A DNA stretch of 46,197 nucleotides from Dehalococcoidia bacterium (GTDB lineage Bacteria; Chloroflexota; Dehalococcoidia; GIF9; AB-539-J10), in the NCBI GenBank assembly GCA_035530115.1, contig DATKVL010000109.1:1-46197 (forward strand), in the 5' to 3' direction. The stretch's first letter is position 1; the number at the start of each line of letters is the position of its first letter. Positions 1 to 9,193 of the stretch are shown here, in pieces. A program made the translations under genes and the position numbers. The notes under the pieces were generated by a model that was not told the DNA's origin, did no database searches, and worked only from the letters and a program-made list of their open reading frames with translations.

Positions 1-141
1 GTTGAAGATCAGGCTATAATGGTTGATGTGTTTAAGAATATTAGGGATAATAAATTACACGAGCAGGTATCCTTTCCTCAACAGCTATTTAATATGGTAG
101 GTGGAGTTTATGAGAAGAGGACTGGAAAGAAGTTAGAAGTA
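1..141. repeat. Terminal direct repeat (assembly/circularisation overlap), identical to 46057..46197
   Basis: Bases 1-141 (gttgaagatcaggctataatgg...agttagaagta) reappear exactly at 46057-46197. The repeat lies inside an open reading frame. Confidence 0.95.
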
Positions 142-3100
142 CTAGGCGGAGTTAATAAATCTGAGATTACTGTTGATAAGATAATCTCTGAATTCGACAA
201 TACATCTCTGGCCAAAGGTGAGGGTTATGAGATTAGAGATAAGAGAAGATTTGAATCTCCTGAGTCAGCACAAAAGGTTGCTGAACGTAAAGGCGCAGAT
301 CATGAAGTGATTAAGATAGGTGACAAGTATGCAGTAGGAAAGTTCATTGAAACTGATATTCCTGAATATGCTTCGATGGATGCTCTTAAAGCTGATCTTG
401 AAGTTATGAGTGAAATCCCCTATGCTAAAGCCAAGATAGAAGCTGAGCAGCCAGAGGGTTCGGAATTCTGGGTGGCTAAGGTAGGGGATAAATATTATAG
501 GACTGTTATTAAAGATCCTAATGCTCCTGTACGTCCTAATGTAGACTTTGTACCTGAAGAAGTTAAAGGTGTAGAGTCTGAGATTGAACCTACTCCTGAG
601 GTTCTTAAGGCTGAAGAGGTTCAGTTGAAAAAGGATCTTAAGGCTTTAGTTAAGGAGAGTAAGAAGGTAGATGCTCCTAAAGAAACAATCCGTCCAGAGA
701 TTGCAGATGCTTTTAAGAAGTATAAAGAACGCTATGTGGATAAAATCAACGTAGCAAAAGAAGTTCCAGTAACACCGAAAGATCTTCCGGTCATTGATTC
801 TAACTTTGCTACCTTCAAGTCTGAGGCTGAGGGTAATACTTACAAGGAAGCTACTGGAAAAAAGGGGGAGTTGATTCAAGATCCCTTGAGTAAAGAATGG
901 TTTATTGAACCTGAGTTGGAAGGATTTGAAGATCTTGGATGGGAAGATGGAGTGGAGAGTCTTACTTCTGAACATAGGAATAGGATCTCAGATGAGACTC
1001 TTGACTATGGTGAGATGAGTGAGGATGGAACTAGAGATCTCTTCAGTATATTCAGTAATGAGAGAGGGTCAGTAGATGTAACCCCTCTTCGTATAGCGGT
1101 AGATAAAATGGAACAAGTTGTTGAGGCATCTAAGAAAGCAGGGAAGAGTGTTGATGAATTCTTAGATATGATAGGTATGAGTCCTGAATCTATTGCCCAG
1201 TTCAAAGTAGCCTTAGCACAAATGCCTAAGGATAAGGAAACGCTTAGAAGTTTAGATCCTATTACTGAAAGGATCCTTAATCCAAGTGGCCCCGTAGTAC
1301 ATCAAACTGTTAAGAGGAATAAGTTAGGTGAGATTAAAAGTGTAATGCCTCCTATCACTCAAGTATTATCTTCTAAGATAATGAATGCTACTAGACATAA
1401 TATCTGGGGAGACTTGAATGTTAAGGTTGATCCTGTTAGTGGGAGGGAAATAACTAACGTTCACACAGGAACTATTCAGCGGTATCTTCAGGCTACTGAA
1501 ACTAGGATTAATGCCTTTAGAAGATTTGGACTCTCTGAAATCTATCGTGATTGGAGAGAGCTTAAGACTAAAAAAGAGTTGGAGTATAACTCTTTAGGTA
1601 AGGAGATTACACTTAAGAAGGATAGTCTTACTAAAAAAGAAAGAGAAGGATTAGCTCTGGCTGCTTATGCAAATATGAAGGGTGGAGAGGAAGCCTTCAC
1701 TGCTATGGGAATTAAGCCTGAAGATATTCCTATTATGAATGCTAAGCAAATGGAAGTATTCAATTGGATGACTAAGACTACCTCTAAGATGTTGGATAGA
1801 GTTAACTATGTCCGTACTCATACAGGACAGAAGCCTATTCCTAGACTCCTTGATAAAAATGGTAAAGAGAACTATCTCCCTCTCATGAGACAGATGAATG
1901 TTCTCAGAGAGATGGGAGTACTAGAGGGAATCACCACTACGGACGCTCGTAGAATTTCATCCATATCTAGTGACTACCATGGGATTTTTAATCCTCATGC
2001 TAAGGTACGTAAGGTATCAGATATTCCTATTGAGTTGGATGTATTCAAAGTAATGGAGTCTTATCTTAATTACACACTGGAGGAGATTTATACTGGGCCT
2101 CTTGCTGCACAACTTAAGGAATTAGCTACAGTACCACTACCTAAGCCTGGAGGTAAAGGTACTGTTATACTTAAGAATCATAACCCAGCACTGTCTCAAC
2201 TTCTTCTTAAGTGGTCTGATGAGATAATGGGAATAGATAGAACCTCTTCTATTATGGCTATTGAGAATCCATTCATCAGGAATGTGGCTCAACAGTTGAG
2301 TAAGAATATAGTTGTGGGAATTATAGGTGGGAATCTTCAGACATTTGTCAAACAATTTACGGCCCTCATAGGTGTATATGCTAACCTTGGTTTACTTGCA
2401 TCTTTATATGGGGCAGGTAGGTATATGATTGAGAAACCTTTTAAGGGAAGTAAGTCAGAAGCTCAGACTCTTTCCAACTCTCTTCATATCCGTAAAGCTG
2501 AATTGATATGGAGTGATTTTGTAGAACAGATGAGGTTGGGAACTCTGAAGGGAGGAAAGGCTATAGCCACTAAGATGGCTTTTGCCCCTATGGACCTAAT
2601 CGATAGTGTGGTAGCTGAGATTGGATGGAATGCTGGATTTCATTATGCTAAAGGTAAATTGAAGTTAAGGGAAAAAGATGCTATAGCCTATGCTGATGAT
2701 CTTGTAGAGAGAACTCAAGGTATGGGAACTAGAGGAGCTGTTTCTCCTATTCAGGCCAGCATTGCTACCAAATGGCTTACGCTTCTTCAGACCTTTGGAA
2801 TCGCAGATTTTAATTATATCTTACAGGATATAGCTGGGGTTAAAAATCCTGATATAACTAAACCTCAACAGGTAAGTAGAGCTTTTAGGTACAGCATAGG
2901 TGTAATGGTTATAGGAGAAATGTTCAAAGCAGCGGGACTTAACTCTCCATTTCCTACACCTGTTGATGCGTTTATGGAATCAAGAGATGAAGGTAAAGGA
3001 ATTCCTTCTGCCACCTTTAGTGCTTTGTTAGAGTTCACTGAAAAGCTTCCAGTATGGGGCGGATCAACTAAGTATGGAAGTAGTCTTGGTGGGGTAATTG

Positions 3101-3399
3101 GAGAGTTTGCACAGGATGTGCCAGAGGCTGCTAAGGCTGTTAATGATCTTATGGATTGGGGCAGTATGACTAAACGTCAGAAGTTGAATGCTAGCATGTT
3201 GATAGCTAAGTCGGTTGGATATGCTTGGGGTATTCCTATGACTAATCAGATACTTAAGGGAGTTAAGACTGCTAGCAGAGGGGGAGATCCTTATCAGATT
3301 ATCTTGGGGATTTATATAGATGAAAAGAAAAAGAAGAAGGGAGGAACTCCTAATTTTAAATTAGAAAGCCCCTCCCTTAAATTACCTAAAGGTCTATAA
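1..3399 (+). CDS. Giant virion/internal (ejection or tape-measure-like) protein, C-terminal part. Continues from 44920 across the circular junction for a total of about 1,511 aa.
   Basis: Frame 1 is open from base 1. Both 46057 and 1 are in the same frame as the ATG at 44920. Hydrophobic segments such as NIVVGIIGGNLQTF...LGLLASLYGAG are present. It is the last gene of the late arm. Confidence 0.85.
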   Translation, partial: VEDQAIMVDVFKNIRDNKLHEQVSFPQQLFNMVGGVYEKRTGKKLEVLGGVNKSEITVDKIISEFDNTSLAKGEGYEIRDKRRFESPESAQKVAERKGADHEVIKIGDKYAVGKFIETDIPEYASMDALKADLEVMSEIPYAKAKIEAEQPEGSEFWVAKVGDKYYRTVIKDPNAPVRPNVDFVPEEVKGVESEIEPTPEVLKAEEVQLKKDLKALVKESKKVDAPKETIRPEIADAFKKYKERYVDKINVAKEVPVTPKDLPVIDSNFATFKSEAEGNTYKEATGKKGELIQDPLSKEWFIEPELEGFEDLGWEDGVESLTSEHRNRISDETLDYGEMSEDGTRDLFSIFSNERGSVDVTPLRIAVDKMEQVVEASKKAGKSVDEFLDMIGMSPESIAQFKVALAQMPKDKETLRSLDPITERILNPSGPVVHQTVKRNKLGEIKSVMPPITQVLSSKIMNATRHNIWGDLNVKVDPVSGREITNVHTGTIQRYLQATETRINAFRRFGLSEIYRDWRELKTKKELEYNSLGKEITLKKDSLTKKEREGLALAAYANMKGGEEAFTAMGIKPEDIPIMNAKQMEVFNWMTKTTSKMLDRVNYVRTHTGQKPIPRLLDKNGKENYLPLMRQMNVLREMGVLEGITTTDARRISSISSDYHGIFNPHAKVRKVSDIPIELDVFKVMESYLNYTLEEIYTGPLAAQLKELATVPLPKPGGKGTVILKNHNPALSQLLLKWSDEIMGIDRTSSIMAIENPFIRNVAQQLSKNIVVGIIGGNLQTFVKQFTALIGVYANLGLLASLYGAGRYMIEKPFKGSKSEAQTLSNSLHIRKAELIWSDFVEQMRLGTLKGGKAIATKMAFAPMDLIDSVVAEIGWNAGFHYAKGKLKLREKDAIAYADDLVERTQGMGTRGAVSPIQASIATKWLTLLQTFGIADFNYILQDIAGVKNPDITKPQQVSRAFRYSIGVMVIGEMFKAAGLNSPFPTPVDAFMESRDEGKGIPSATFSALLEFTEKLPVWGGSTKYGSSLGGVIGEFAQDVPEAAKAVNDLMDWGSMTKRQKLNASMLIAKSVGYAWGIPMTNQILKGVKTASRGGDPYQIILGIYIDEKKKKKGGTPNFKLESPSLKLPKGL
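3319..3378 (-). terminator. Candidate intrinsic terminator for the leftward arm, embedded in the 3' end of the giant gene
   Basis: On the minus strand AAGGGAGG (3378-3371) pairs with CCTCCCTT (3344-3337), with an inner CTAATTT/AAATTAG stem. A CTTCTTCTTTTTCTTTTC tract follows. Confidence 0.4.
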
Positions 3400-3703
3400 G
3401 AGTACGAATGAAATTTACTTTAGCTTCATTAGTACCTACTAACCTTTTAATATTTTGAGTACATTCTATACTTCTTTTAATAAACTCTAGAGCCTCCTTA
3501 TCGGTAACCATTCCGGTGGAGGCTTTAAAGTTTTCTACTACCTTACGCCACTTCAAGTGGTCTGGAAGGGTATCACCATGTGCTATATCATTTTCCAGAT
3601 AGTAGTAACAGTTACCTTCTTCCCTATGAACAATCTTCATAATGTCATAGATATGAGGCATCTGACAGAGAAGTAAGTGAAGCATATCCACTAGGGCTTT
3701 CAT
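3386..3703 (-). CDS. Hypothetical protein (105 aa), last gene of the leftward arm
   Basis: ATGA start/stop coupling with the upstream gene at 3700-3703. Overlaps the convergent giant gene by 14 nt. Confidence 0.6.
   Translation of the reverse strand: MKALVDMLHLLLCQMPHIYDIMKIVHREEGNCYYYLENDIAHGDTLPDHLKWRKVVENFKASTGMVTDKEALEFIKRSIECTQNIKRLVGTNEAKVNFIRTLIDL
3402..3435 (+). terminator. Candidate hairpin terminator for the rightward arm
   Basis: GTACGAATGAA (3402-3412) pairs with TTCATTAGTAC (3425-3435) with one mismatch. T-rich runs begin 8 nt downstream. It lies just after the stop at 3399. Confidence 0.3.
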
Positions 3704-4902
3704 GACTGGACACCTCCCTTAGTATTATGTATAAGGATTGTGTCACTCTCTGTATCTCTTGTGGAGATAAAGCCCATGCTCTTCAGAGTTTGAACAATAA
3801 GATCTAGGACTCTAGCATCGGCATCGTACTTGAATTTGTTCTGAAGTTCTCTGAGTGAGATTGTACCAGTCAAACCAATCTCATTCATTATCTTGCTGAG
3901 TACTTCAGCATGTTGAGATTTACCTATACCTGAGAAGACCTTAGGCATGTGGCATTCAGTTTTTTCCAATAGGCTGATAGCCCTCTGAAGATCCACAGAT
4001 GTAATCACCATGCTATCTGTGCGACAAGCGTTTAGGATCATGGATAGTTTCATTACATGAACTGGGCGGCGTTCACAGTAGGCTTCAAGATGAGGGGTGT
4101 TGAATACAGTTCTACCCTCTTGCTTAACATACCACTCAACCCATAAGTCAATGAAGTCTGAGGATGGTTTGAACTGTCCCTTGAGTAAATAGATTTGCTC
4201 AAGGTCGGAATAGAGATCCTCACCAAGTTTAATTATCTCCGGAGTTTGAAAGAGAACTGGGCAAGACTTTCCTTTCTCCTCTTGATACACGAAGATAATT
4301 CGTGAAGTTAATCCACCGCCGATAGCATCCATACTAAGGGTTGATCTAAGTAGGCCAGGAGTTGTGGCCCCAATCAGGTTAATCCAAATCCCGGTGATGT
4401 CATCAGTACCTTGATGCTTGGTACGGTAAGTCCACTTTCCTTCTGGCCCTCTCCCACAATCGAACCAGTCAGTAAGATCCATCATCAGTTGCTGCTGATT
4501 ATAGCCAAGAAATACTGTTAACTCCTGAGAGAAAATGGTAAGTGAAGAATGGAAAGTAAGCTCTCCAGTCTCATCATTAATCTCAGTAGTTGCAGCTTCC
4601 ATTATCTCACGGACTAGAGCCTCCCTGGTTATAGATTCCGCAGCTACCTTCACTCCAATGCGAGAAAGGAATGTGGAACCATAAGCCATGGCTGTACCCT
4701 TACGAGCCTTACCAGGAGGGGCACATAGCACTACATACATATTGGGGAAGAAGCGGATAGGCCCCCAGTTAATTACACATTTCCTTTGGAGAACAGCAGC
4801 GACTGTGGAGATAGCTGTCCATATATGAAAGAGTTCTGGAGGTTCACTTTGATCAGTGAACTCCATGTAAGAGTCCAGCCAGTCGGCAAGTCTACGAGGC
4901 AT
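3700..4902 (-). CDS. DUF3987-like replication protein (helicase/primase-associated, degenerate P-loop)
   Basis: The N-terminal architecture ...NMYVVLCAPPGKARKGTAM resembles the DUF3987 P-loop region. GGAGGG SD upstream. Lies next to the DNA polymerase. Confidence 0.5.
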   Translation of the reverse strand: MPRRLADWLDSYMEFTDQSEPPELFHIWTAISTVAAVLQRKCVINWGPIRFFPNMYVVLCAPPGKARKGTAMAYGSTFLSRIGVKVAAESITREALVREIMEAATTEINDETGELTFHSSLTIFSQELTVFLGYNQQQLMMDLTDWFDCGRGPEGKWTYRTKHQGTDDITGIWINLIGATTPGLLRSTLSMDAIGGGLTSRIIFVYQEEKGKSCPVLFQTPEIIKLGEDLYSDLEQIYLLKGQFKPSSDFIDLWVEWYVKQEGRTVFNTPHLEAYCERRPVHVMKLSMILNACRTDSMVITSVDLQRAISLLEKTECHMPKVFSGIGKSQHAEVLSKIMNEIGLTGTISLRELQNKFKYDADARVLDLIVQTLKSMGFISTRDTESDTILIHNTKGGVQS

Positions 4903-4913
4903 TCTCTACCCTC

Positions 4914-5120
4914 CTAAAAACATATACAGTCTGGAGAACTACATCTATAACCATACCATCCATCCTTACGTAAATTTTCAGTAGTGCCACATACACAACA
5001 TTTAGGTATTTCTTTCTCTTTAGGAGGAGTCCATCCTAAAGTTACTAGTGCATCTCTAATAGCTATATCTTTTATAGGCCTTTTACATTTTATGCACTGT
5101 GTCATACCGTCGGTAGCCAT
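4914..5120 (-). CDS. Zinc-ribbon miniprotein (68 aa)
   Basis: CIKC...CCVC...CSSPDC cysteine pairs. Overlaps the polymerase stop. Confidence 0.6.
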   Translation of the reverse strand: MATDGMTQCIKCKRPIKDIAIRDALVTLGWTPPKEKEIPKCCVCGTTENLRKDGWYGYRCSSPDCICF

Positions 5121-7639
5121 CCTTGTGTTACCTCATAGTAAGATTGTTCAATAGATTGAGGATCAATAGATTTAAGATCCTTAGCCTTTGTCATATTTGC
5201 TGCCATATTTGAAGGATATTTCTTTCGCAGATTTTCAAAAGTTAATTCTTTATTAAGACAAACTCCCATAGTTACATCAGCAGGGATTATAAACCGCTGT
5301 CCATAGTGAGTATAGAGTGGTGTCTCAAGACTCTGCTTAACCATGGTCAGAATCCTTGAGTGATCTTCCCAACTCACTGGAGTTTCAGGATGCAGAGGAG
5401 ATGGGATTTGAAATCCTATCTGATCATGTACCTGAATTAATAGTTGAACATATTTAAAGAGTGGGTTAGTATTATAATATACATAGTTGATTCCCCTCTG
5501 ATCAATCACATCTCCAACTGTTCCTTGAGGTATGCAAGCATAGCCATCCTTATAGAGTGCGTCGTCAAGGCGATCAGTAAAGAGAGTCTTACGACCCATG
5601 TAATTAGTTAAGGTTCTATTCTTGTTGATGCATTGTTTGATGTAAGCATGAAAGCCACTTCGCACCCCAGGATATGCTTTGTGATAGATGTCAACAATCA
5701 TCTTACCATCACGTTCAGGGATCTCATTATACAAGGAGAAGGTCTTAAAGCCGAGGTCATAGTTAAGACCATGATTGGCTTTCTTTCCCCAGTCACGCCA
5801 TGTCTTCTTACCATCGCCAATAGGGGCTAAGTCCTTCACAGTTAAGTGATCAGACTTACCATTGAAGAAGATGTTCATCATAATTCTGGCAGTCAGTCCG
5901 TGAATATCCTCACCTCTTTCAAAGGCTTCAATCATCTGAGTGATGCGGCCGATGTAGGCGACCAATCTATTCTCAGCTTGACTTAAGTCCAGCCCATAAA
6001 AGATATGCCAAGGGTCTGCTAAGAAATGGGTGAGGACTCTGTGAGGTTGATTTTGCAAGTTATTTCCTGTTCCAAATATGTTTTCAGAGGAAGAAACTCT
6101 GGAGAATCTGGTTCCGACGGGATTATATGAGCACCGCATTCTTCCGTCTACATCAACTTTAGCAGGGTCGAGGAAAGTGCTTCGCTCTTTTGAAAGTCCC
6201 CGGAGTCTAAGGATGAGTGAAGCTTCTCCATAACCTTTTCTTGCAATCCTCTTAAGTGCTTTCTCATCTGTAGTGTCTCCTCCGGTTTTATTCTTATATG
6301 CTGGTAAGCCTTTCTGTTTATAGAAATAACTAGCTACCTGTTTAGGTGAGTTGGGATTGATGTCAAACTTACAAACCTTGTGAAGTTCCTTTAGAGTATC
6401 CTCCATCTCATGGCCCATCTCATTGTAAGCCTGAGTCATGGAGGCTACGTTTATTCGAATTCCCTTCTCCATAATGTAGACGTAGGCAGGGATAGTTTTA
6501 CACTTACGCTCATAAGCATAGTAGTTCTGCTGACGGATCAGATCTTGGAGTTGCTTAGGCAGGGCTTCAGCACAGACTGCTGAGTCAAGAGCATTGTATC
6601 TCCAACCACTCTCAAAGTTTCCTATTCCCTTCAGCCAATACTTACCATCATCCTTGTAGTATGGGATGTCAGTATAAAGAGAGCAGATGAAATGCAGACC
6701 TACAGCATAGTCAGGGAGGAGGGTCTTCTGAGCTATCATAGTGTCGTGCATATTCCTTACCTTGATCCCATACTTACGAAGCATATAGTGGGAATCAAAG
6801 CAGAGATTTTGCCCACACTTTTCTATCTCAGCATTTTCTAGTAGACTGGCTATCTTAAGGAGAATGGTTATCTCTTGATCAATGGTAAAGTAATCTCCAT
6901 GTTCACATGTGAAAGGAATGCTGATGATATTCTCAGCATCGTAGGCAAAGGAGATACAGGTCATTTCTCCGTTGAATACATCTACTTCAATGTCGTATGA
7001 GATGGGATTCCCCATCAGACCATACTGCTCACAGGCTGTGAGGAACTGCATAGATTGTGAGAAGGTAGGACGTATTGTTATCTGACGAGGGGTAGGAATG
7101 TGCCCATTCTCTTGGATCTTCTTAGCCCGTTTAAGATCCATGATCAGAAGACGTTTGTTCTTGTAGACATACTTGTAAGTGATAGTATCTGGGTGAAGTG
7201 CAGGGATTACTATCTTATCTCCACCAATTAGATTGGAGCGGAGAATGGAACTACGCCAGCGGTTAATACCCCACCTATCGGTGAGTGCAAAGAGAGGTAT
7301 ATTTCCCAGGGTTATGATTACCTTAGCTGAACATGAGTTGATTTCAGCGGCCAGTTGGTTGATATACTCCTGCCCTTCAGGATGGATTACCGGACCTTTC
7401 TTCGTGAACTCTATGTAGTGAGCAATAGGGCGGTCTATATCTTTAATGACATTAGTAAAGTAACACTCACTCCTAGTGATCCCTGCCTTGTGAAGATTAT
7501 CATCAAGCTCCAAGCCTGATAGTCCACAGAATGGACGACCTTTCATTACTTCAGATCGACCAGGTTGCTCGCCTATCACGATGTACTTGGCAGTTAGTTT
7601 GTCGCCCGAAGATGGGACGTATGTTGCTTTGGGTATCAT
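5102..7639 (-). CDS. Uracil-DNA-glycosylase-like domain fused to family-A DNA polymerase with 3'-5' exonuclease
   Basis: N-terminal family-4 UDG motifs GEQPG...PFCGLSG and ALHPD. Exonuclease motifs YDIEVD, NLCFDSHY, YNALDSAV. Polymerase motifs DLSQAENRL, KKANHGLNYD, QVHDQ. The start at 7639 is ATGA-coupled to the upstream ORF with an AAAGGA SD. Confidence 0.92.
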   Translation of the reverse strand: MIPKATYVPSSGDKLTAKYIVIGEQPGRSEVMKGRPFCGLSGLELDDNLHKAGITRSECYFTNVIKDIDRPIAHYIEFTKKGPVIHPEGQEYINQLAAEINSCSAKVIITLGNIPLFALTDRWGINRWRSSILRSNLIGGDKIVIPALHPDTITYKYVYKNKRLLIMDLKRAKKIQENGHIPTPRQITIRPTFSQSMQFLTACEQYGLMGNPISYDIEVDVFNGEMTCISFAYDAENIISIPFTCEHGDYFTIDQEITILLKIASLLENAEIEKCGQNLCFDSHYMLRKYGIKVRNMHDTMIAQKTLLPDYAVGLHFICSLYTDIPYYKDDGKYWLKGIGNFESGWRYNALDSAVCAEALPKQLQDLIRQQNYYAYERKCKTIPAYVYIMEKGIRINVASMTQAYNEMGHEMEDTLKELHKVCKFDINPNSPKQVASYFYKQKGLPAYKNKTGGDTTDEKALKRIARKGYGEASLILRLRGLSKERSTFLDPAKVDVDGRMRCSYNPVGTRFSRVSSSENIFGTGNNLQNQPHRVLTHFLADPWHIFYGLDLSQAENRLVAYIGRITQMIEAFERGEDIHGLTARIMMNIFFNGKSDHLTVKDLAPIGDGKKTWRDWGKKANHGLNYDLGFKTFSLYNEIPERDGKMIVDIYHKAYPGVRSGFHAYIKQCINKNRTLTNYMGRKTLFTDRLDDALYKDGYACIPQGTVGDVIDQRGINYVYYNTNPLFKYVQLLIQVHDQIGFQIPSPLHPETPVSWEDHSRILTMVKQSLETPLYTHYGQRFIIPADVTMGVCLNKELTFENLRKKYPSNMAANMTKAKDLKSIDPQSIEQSYYEVTQGWLPTV

Positions 7640-7821
7640 ACAGTATCCTTTATATGACATGAGGGACAATTTTCTAATGAGCATCCAGTATAACCTACAT
7701 CAACTATTCCGTGTCCGCCACATTCTTTACATTTAAGATCAGCCTTTGGATTTATAGGATAGCCAAGACGATCTGGAATCCATTTAGCTTTTTCAAACTC
7801 TTTTCTTTTTAATGATTTCAT
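7636..7821 (-). CDS. DnaJ-type zinc-finger miniprotein (CxxCxGxG)
   Basis: Contains CKECGGHG plus CPSC. Its stop overlaps the polymerase start (ATGA). Confidence 0.65.
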   Translation of the reverse strand: MKSLKRKEFEKAKWIPDRLGYPINPKADLKCKECGGHGIVDVGYTGCSLENCPSCHIKDTV

Positions 7822-7826
7822 CTTGT

Positions 7827-8003
7827 TTACCTATCCCAGGCTTCAATATCTAATAAGTTAAATAATTCTGAACGAAATTTAGATATACACTCTTCCTCAT
7901 TATTTGTTATAGGATTTTGAATTAACCCTTTAAGTGTATTAGCCTCTATTTCAGTAAGTTCTAATACTATTCGTATTTCTTTTTTAATTTCTATACGTTT
8001 CAT
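7827..8003 (-). CDS. Hypothetical protein (58 aa; the track start at 8015 is also possible)
   Basis: A GGAGA SD lies 5 nt upstream of the ATG at 8003. This is the first gene after motif copy M1. Confidence 0.55.
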   Translation of the reverse strand: MKRIEIKKEIRIVLELTEIEANTLKGLIQNPITNNEEECISKFRSELFNLLDIEAWDR

Positions 8004-8016
8004 ATATGTCTCCATA

Positions 8017-8045
8017 TTGCTATGTGGATTTAATCAACACAGGAA
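8017..8045 (-). promoter_or_regulatory. 29-bp quasi-palindromic motif, copy M1
   Basis: Minus strand reads ttcctgtgttGATTAAATCcacatagcaa. It overlaps the thyX stop and the SD follows 3 nt later. Confidence 0.8.
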
Positions 8046-8885
8046 ATCATTCCAAGGCATCATGTTCATAATCCGCACCATGTCAGGATGGGCAGATGGA
8101 TGTGTTCTCAACTTCTTGATGTGCGCCCACTCAGCGGCATCGGCAGTGATGATGATCTCGGTTTTGAGGGAGTTCGGCAGCACAGCCCGAGCCTGTTGGG
8201 GGGATAGTCCACCATAAAGCATTGCCTTGTACAGCTCCTCAGATCGCCCACAGGCATTTGCAAACTTCTGCTGGTTGCCAGGACTCCACTCCTCAAACCC
8301 AGCAGGCTCAATGAACTCCATGTCCTTGCCGCCGTAGTTGACATAGCGGGTGGACTCCTGAGCGAAACTGCAAGGCCGGTGCCGGACAAGTTCGTGGCTG
8401 ACTCCCCGGTCGCAGATGAACTTGGCCGAGTAGCGGTGGAGGGCTTTGGGGATTTCGTTGTGGGGGCAGACTTGCCAGTCAGTTTTCCCATCAACGACAT
8501 TCAGACCAAACAACTCTCCGTATACCCCTCGGAACAATAACATTCCCTTTGCAGCTAGGTATGGAGTTTGTACCCACGCGGTTAAGCTCCCACCGATATA
8601 GCCGTAGTCTTCATCATTAAACACGTTCAAGTATTTGTCGGCAGACTGTATCCGTTCGGAGGCCCCAGTACCTAGCGGGATGCGCACCACAAAATTACTG
8701 TGCTCCACCATGGCCAGATGCCTAGCCTTAATCAAGCGCTTGACAAACCCCTCGGCACTGTCGGCAGTGATCTTGTCCTCAGACTTGTAGCAAGTCCTCC
8801 CGGCCTTCTCAATGAAAGCCAGTGCCCCAGCATAGTCTGTCGGTACGGCGCCAAAAAACTCTACAGATGGTTTGATAATCTTCAT
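8034..8885 (-). CDS. thyX: FAD-dependent thymidylate synthase ThyX
   Basis: ThyX signature LVRHRPCSFAQESTRY. AAGGAGA SD before the MKIIKP start at 8885. Markedly GC-richer than its neighbours. Confidence 0.9.
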   Translation of the reverse strand: MKIIKPSVEFFGAVPTDYAGALAFIEKAGRTCYKSEDKITADSAEGFVKRLIKARHLAMVEHSNFVVRIPLGTGASERIQSADKYLNVFNDEDYGYIGGSLTAWVQTPYLAAKGMLLFRGVYGELFGLNVVDGKTDWQVCPHNEIPKALHRYSAKFICDRGVSHELVRHRPCSFAQESTRYVNYGGKDMEFIEPAGFEEWSPGNQQKFANACGRSEELYKAMLYGGLSPQQARAVLPNSLKTEIIITADAAEWAHIKKLRTHPSAHPDMVRIMNMMPWNDFLC

Positions 8886-8886
8886 C

Positions 8887-8991
8887 TCAATTCTCCTTAT
8901 AATCACAAGTTGCACAATACCCACACTTAGGGCATCGTGACATTGAGTGTACATGGCCACATCTAGGGCAGGTGTAAGTTATACTATTCAT
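8887..8991 (-). CDS. Zinc-ribbon miniprotein (34 aa), not in the ORF track
   Basis: My translation is MNSITYTCPRCGHVHSMSRCPKCGYCATCDYKEN. GGAG SD 6 nt upstream. The stop lies 1 nt before the thyX ATG. Confidence 0.5.
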   Translation of the reverse strand: MNSITYTCPRCGHVHSMSRCPKCGYCATCDYKEN

Positions 8992-9190
8992 CTTTGGCTC
9001 CATAGAAATATTGGCAGTACTGAGGATTCCAAGTCCAGTAGCCTACTACCAGTTTCTCTTTCTCAACCTGTTCAAGTCTTGACTGTTCAAGAATATCGAG
9101 TCTCTTGTCTTGTTCTACATGAGAGATTGTCATAAGAATTAAAATTATGAGAATGGTTAAAGCATAGAATCCATCTTCTAGAATCTTCAT
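8984..9190 (-). CDS. Small membrane protein (68 aa, N-terminal TM)
   Basis: Hydrophobic segment FYALTILIILILMTI. AAGGAG SD upstream. Confidence 0.6.
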   Translation of the reverse strand: MKILEDGFYALTILIILILMTISHVEQDKRLDILEQSRLEQVEKEKLVVGYWTWNPQYCQYFYGAKDE

Positions 9191-9193
9191 ATC

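Noticed and set aside
1-141. The 141-bp terminal repeat as genuine direct terminal repeats of the virion DNA
   Set aside because: The repeat lies in frame in the middle of the largest structural gene, and no noncoding sequence surrounds it. This is characteristic of an assembler overlap on a circular or circularly permuted molecule.
8108-8500. 130-aa minus-strand ORF and 66-aa/76-aa plus-strand ORFs inside thyX
   Set aside because: These are alternate-frame or antisense ORFs within a gene that has clear ThyX motifs. They are Arg/Ser/Pro-rich, as expected from GC-rich DNA read out of frame.
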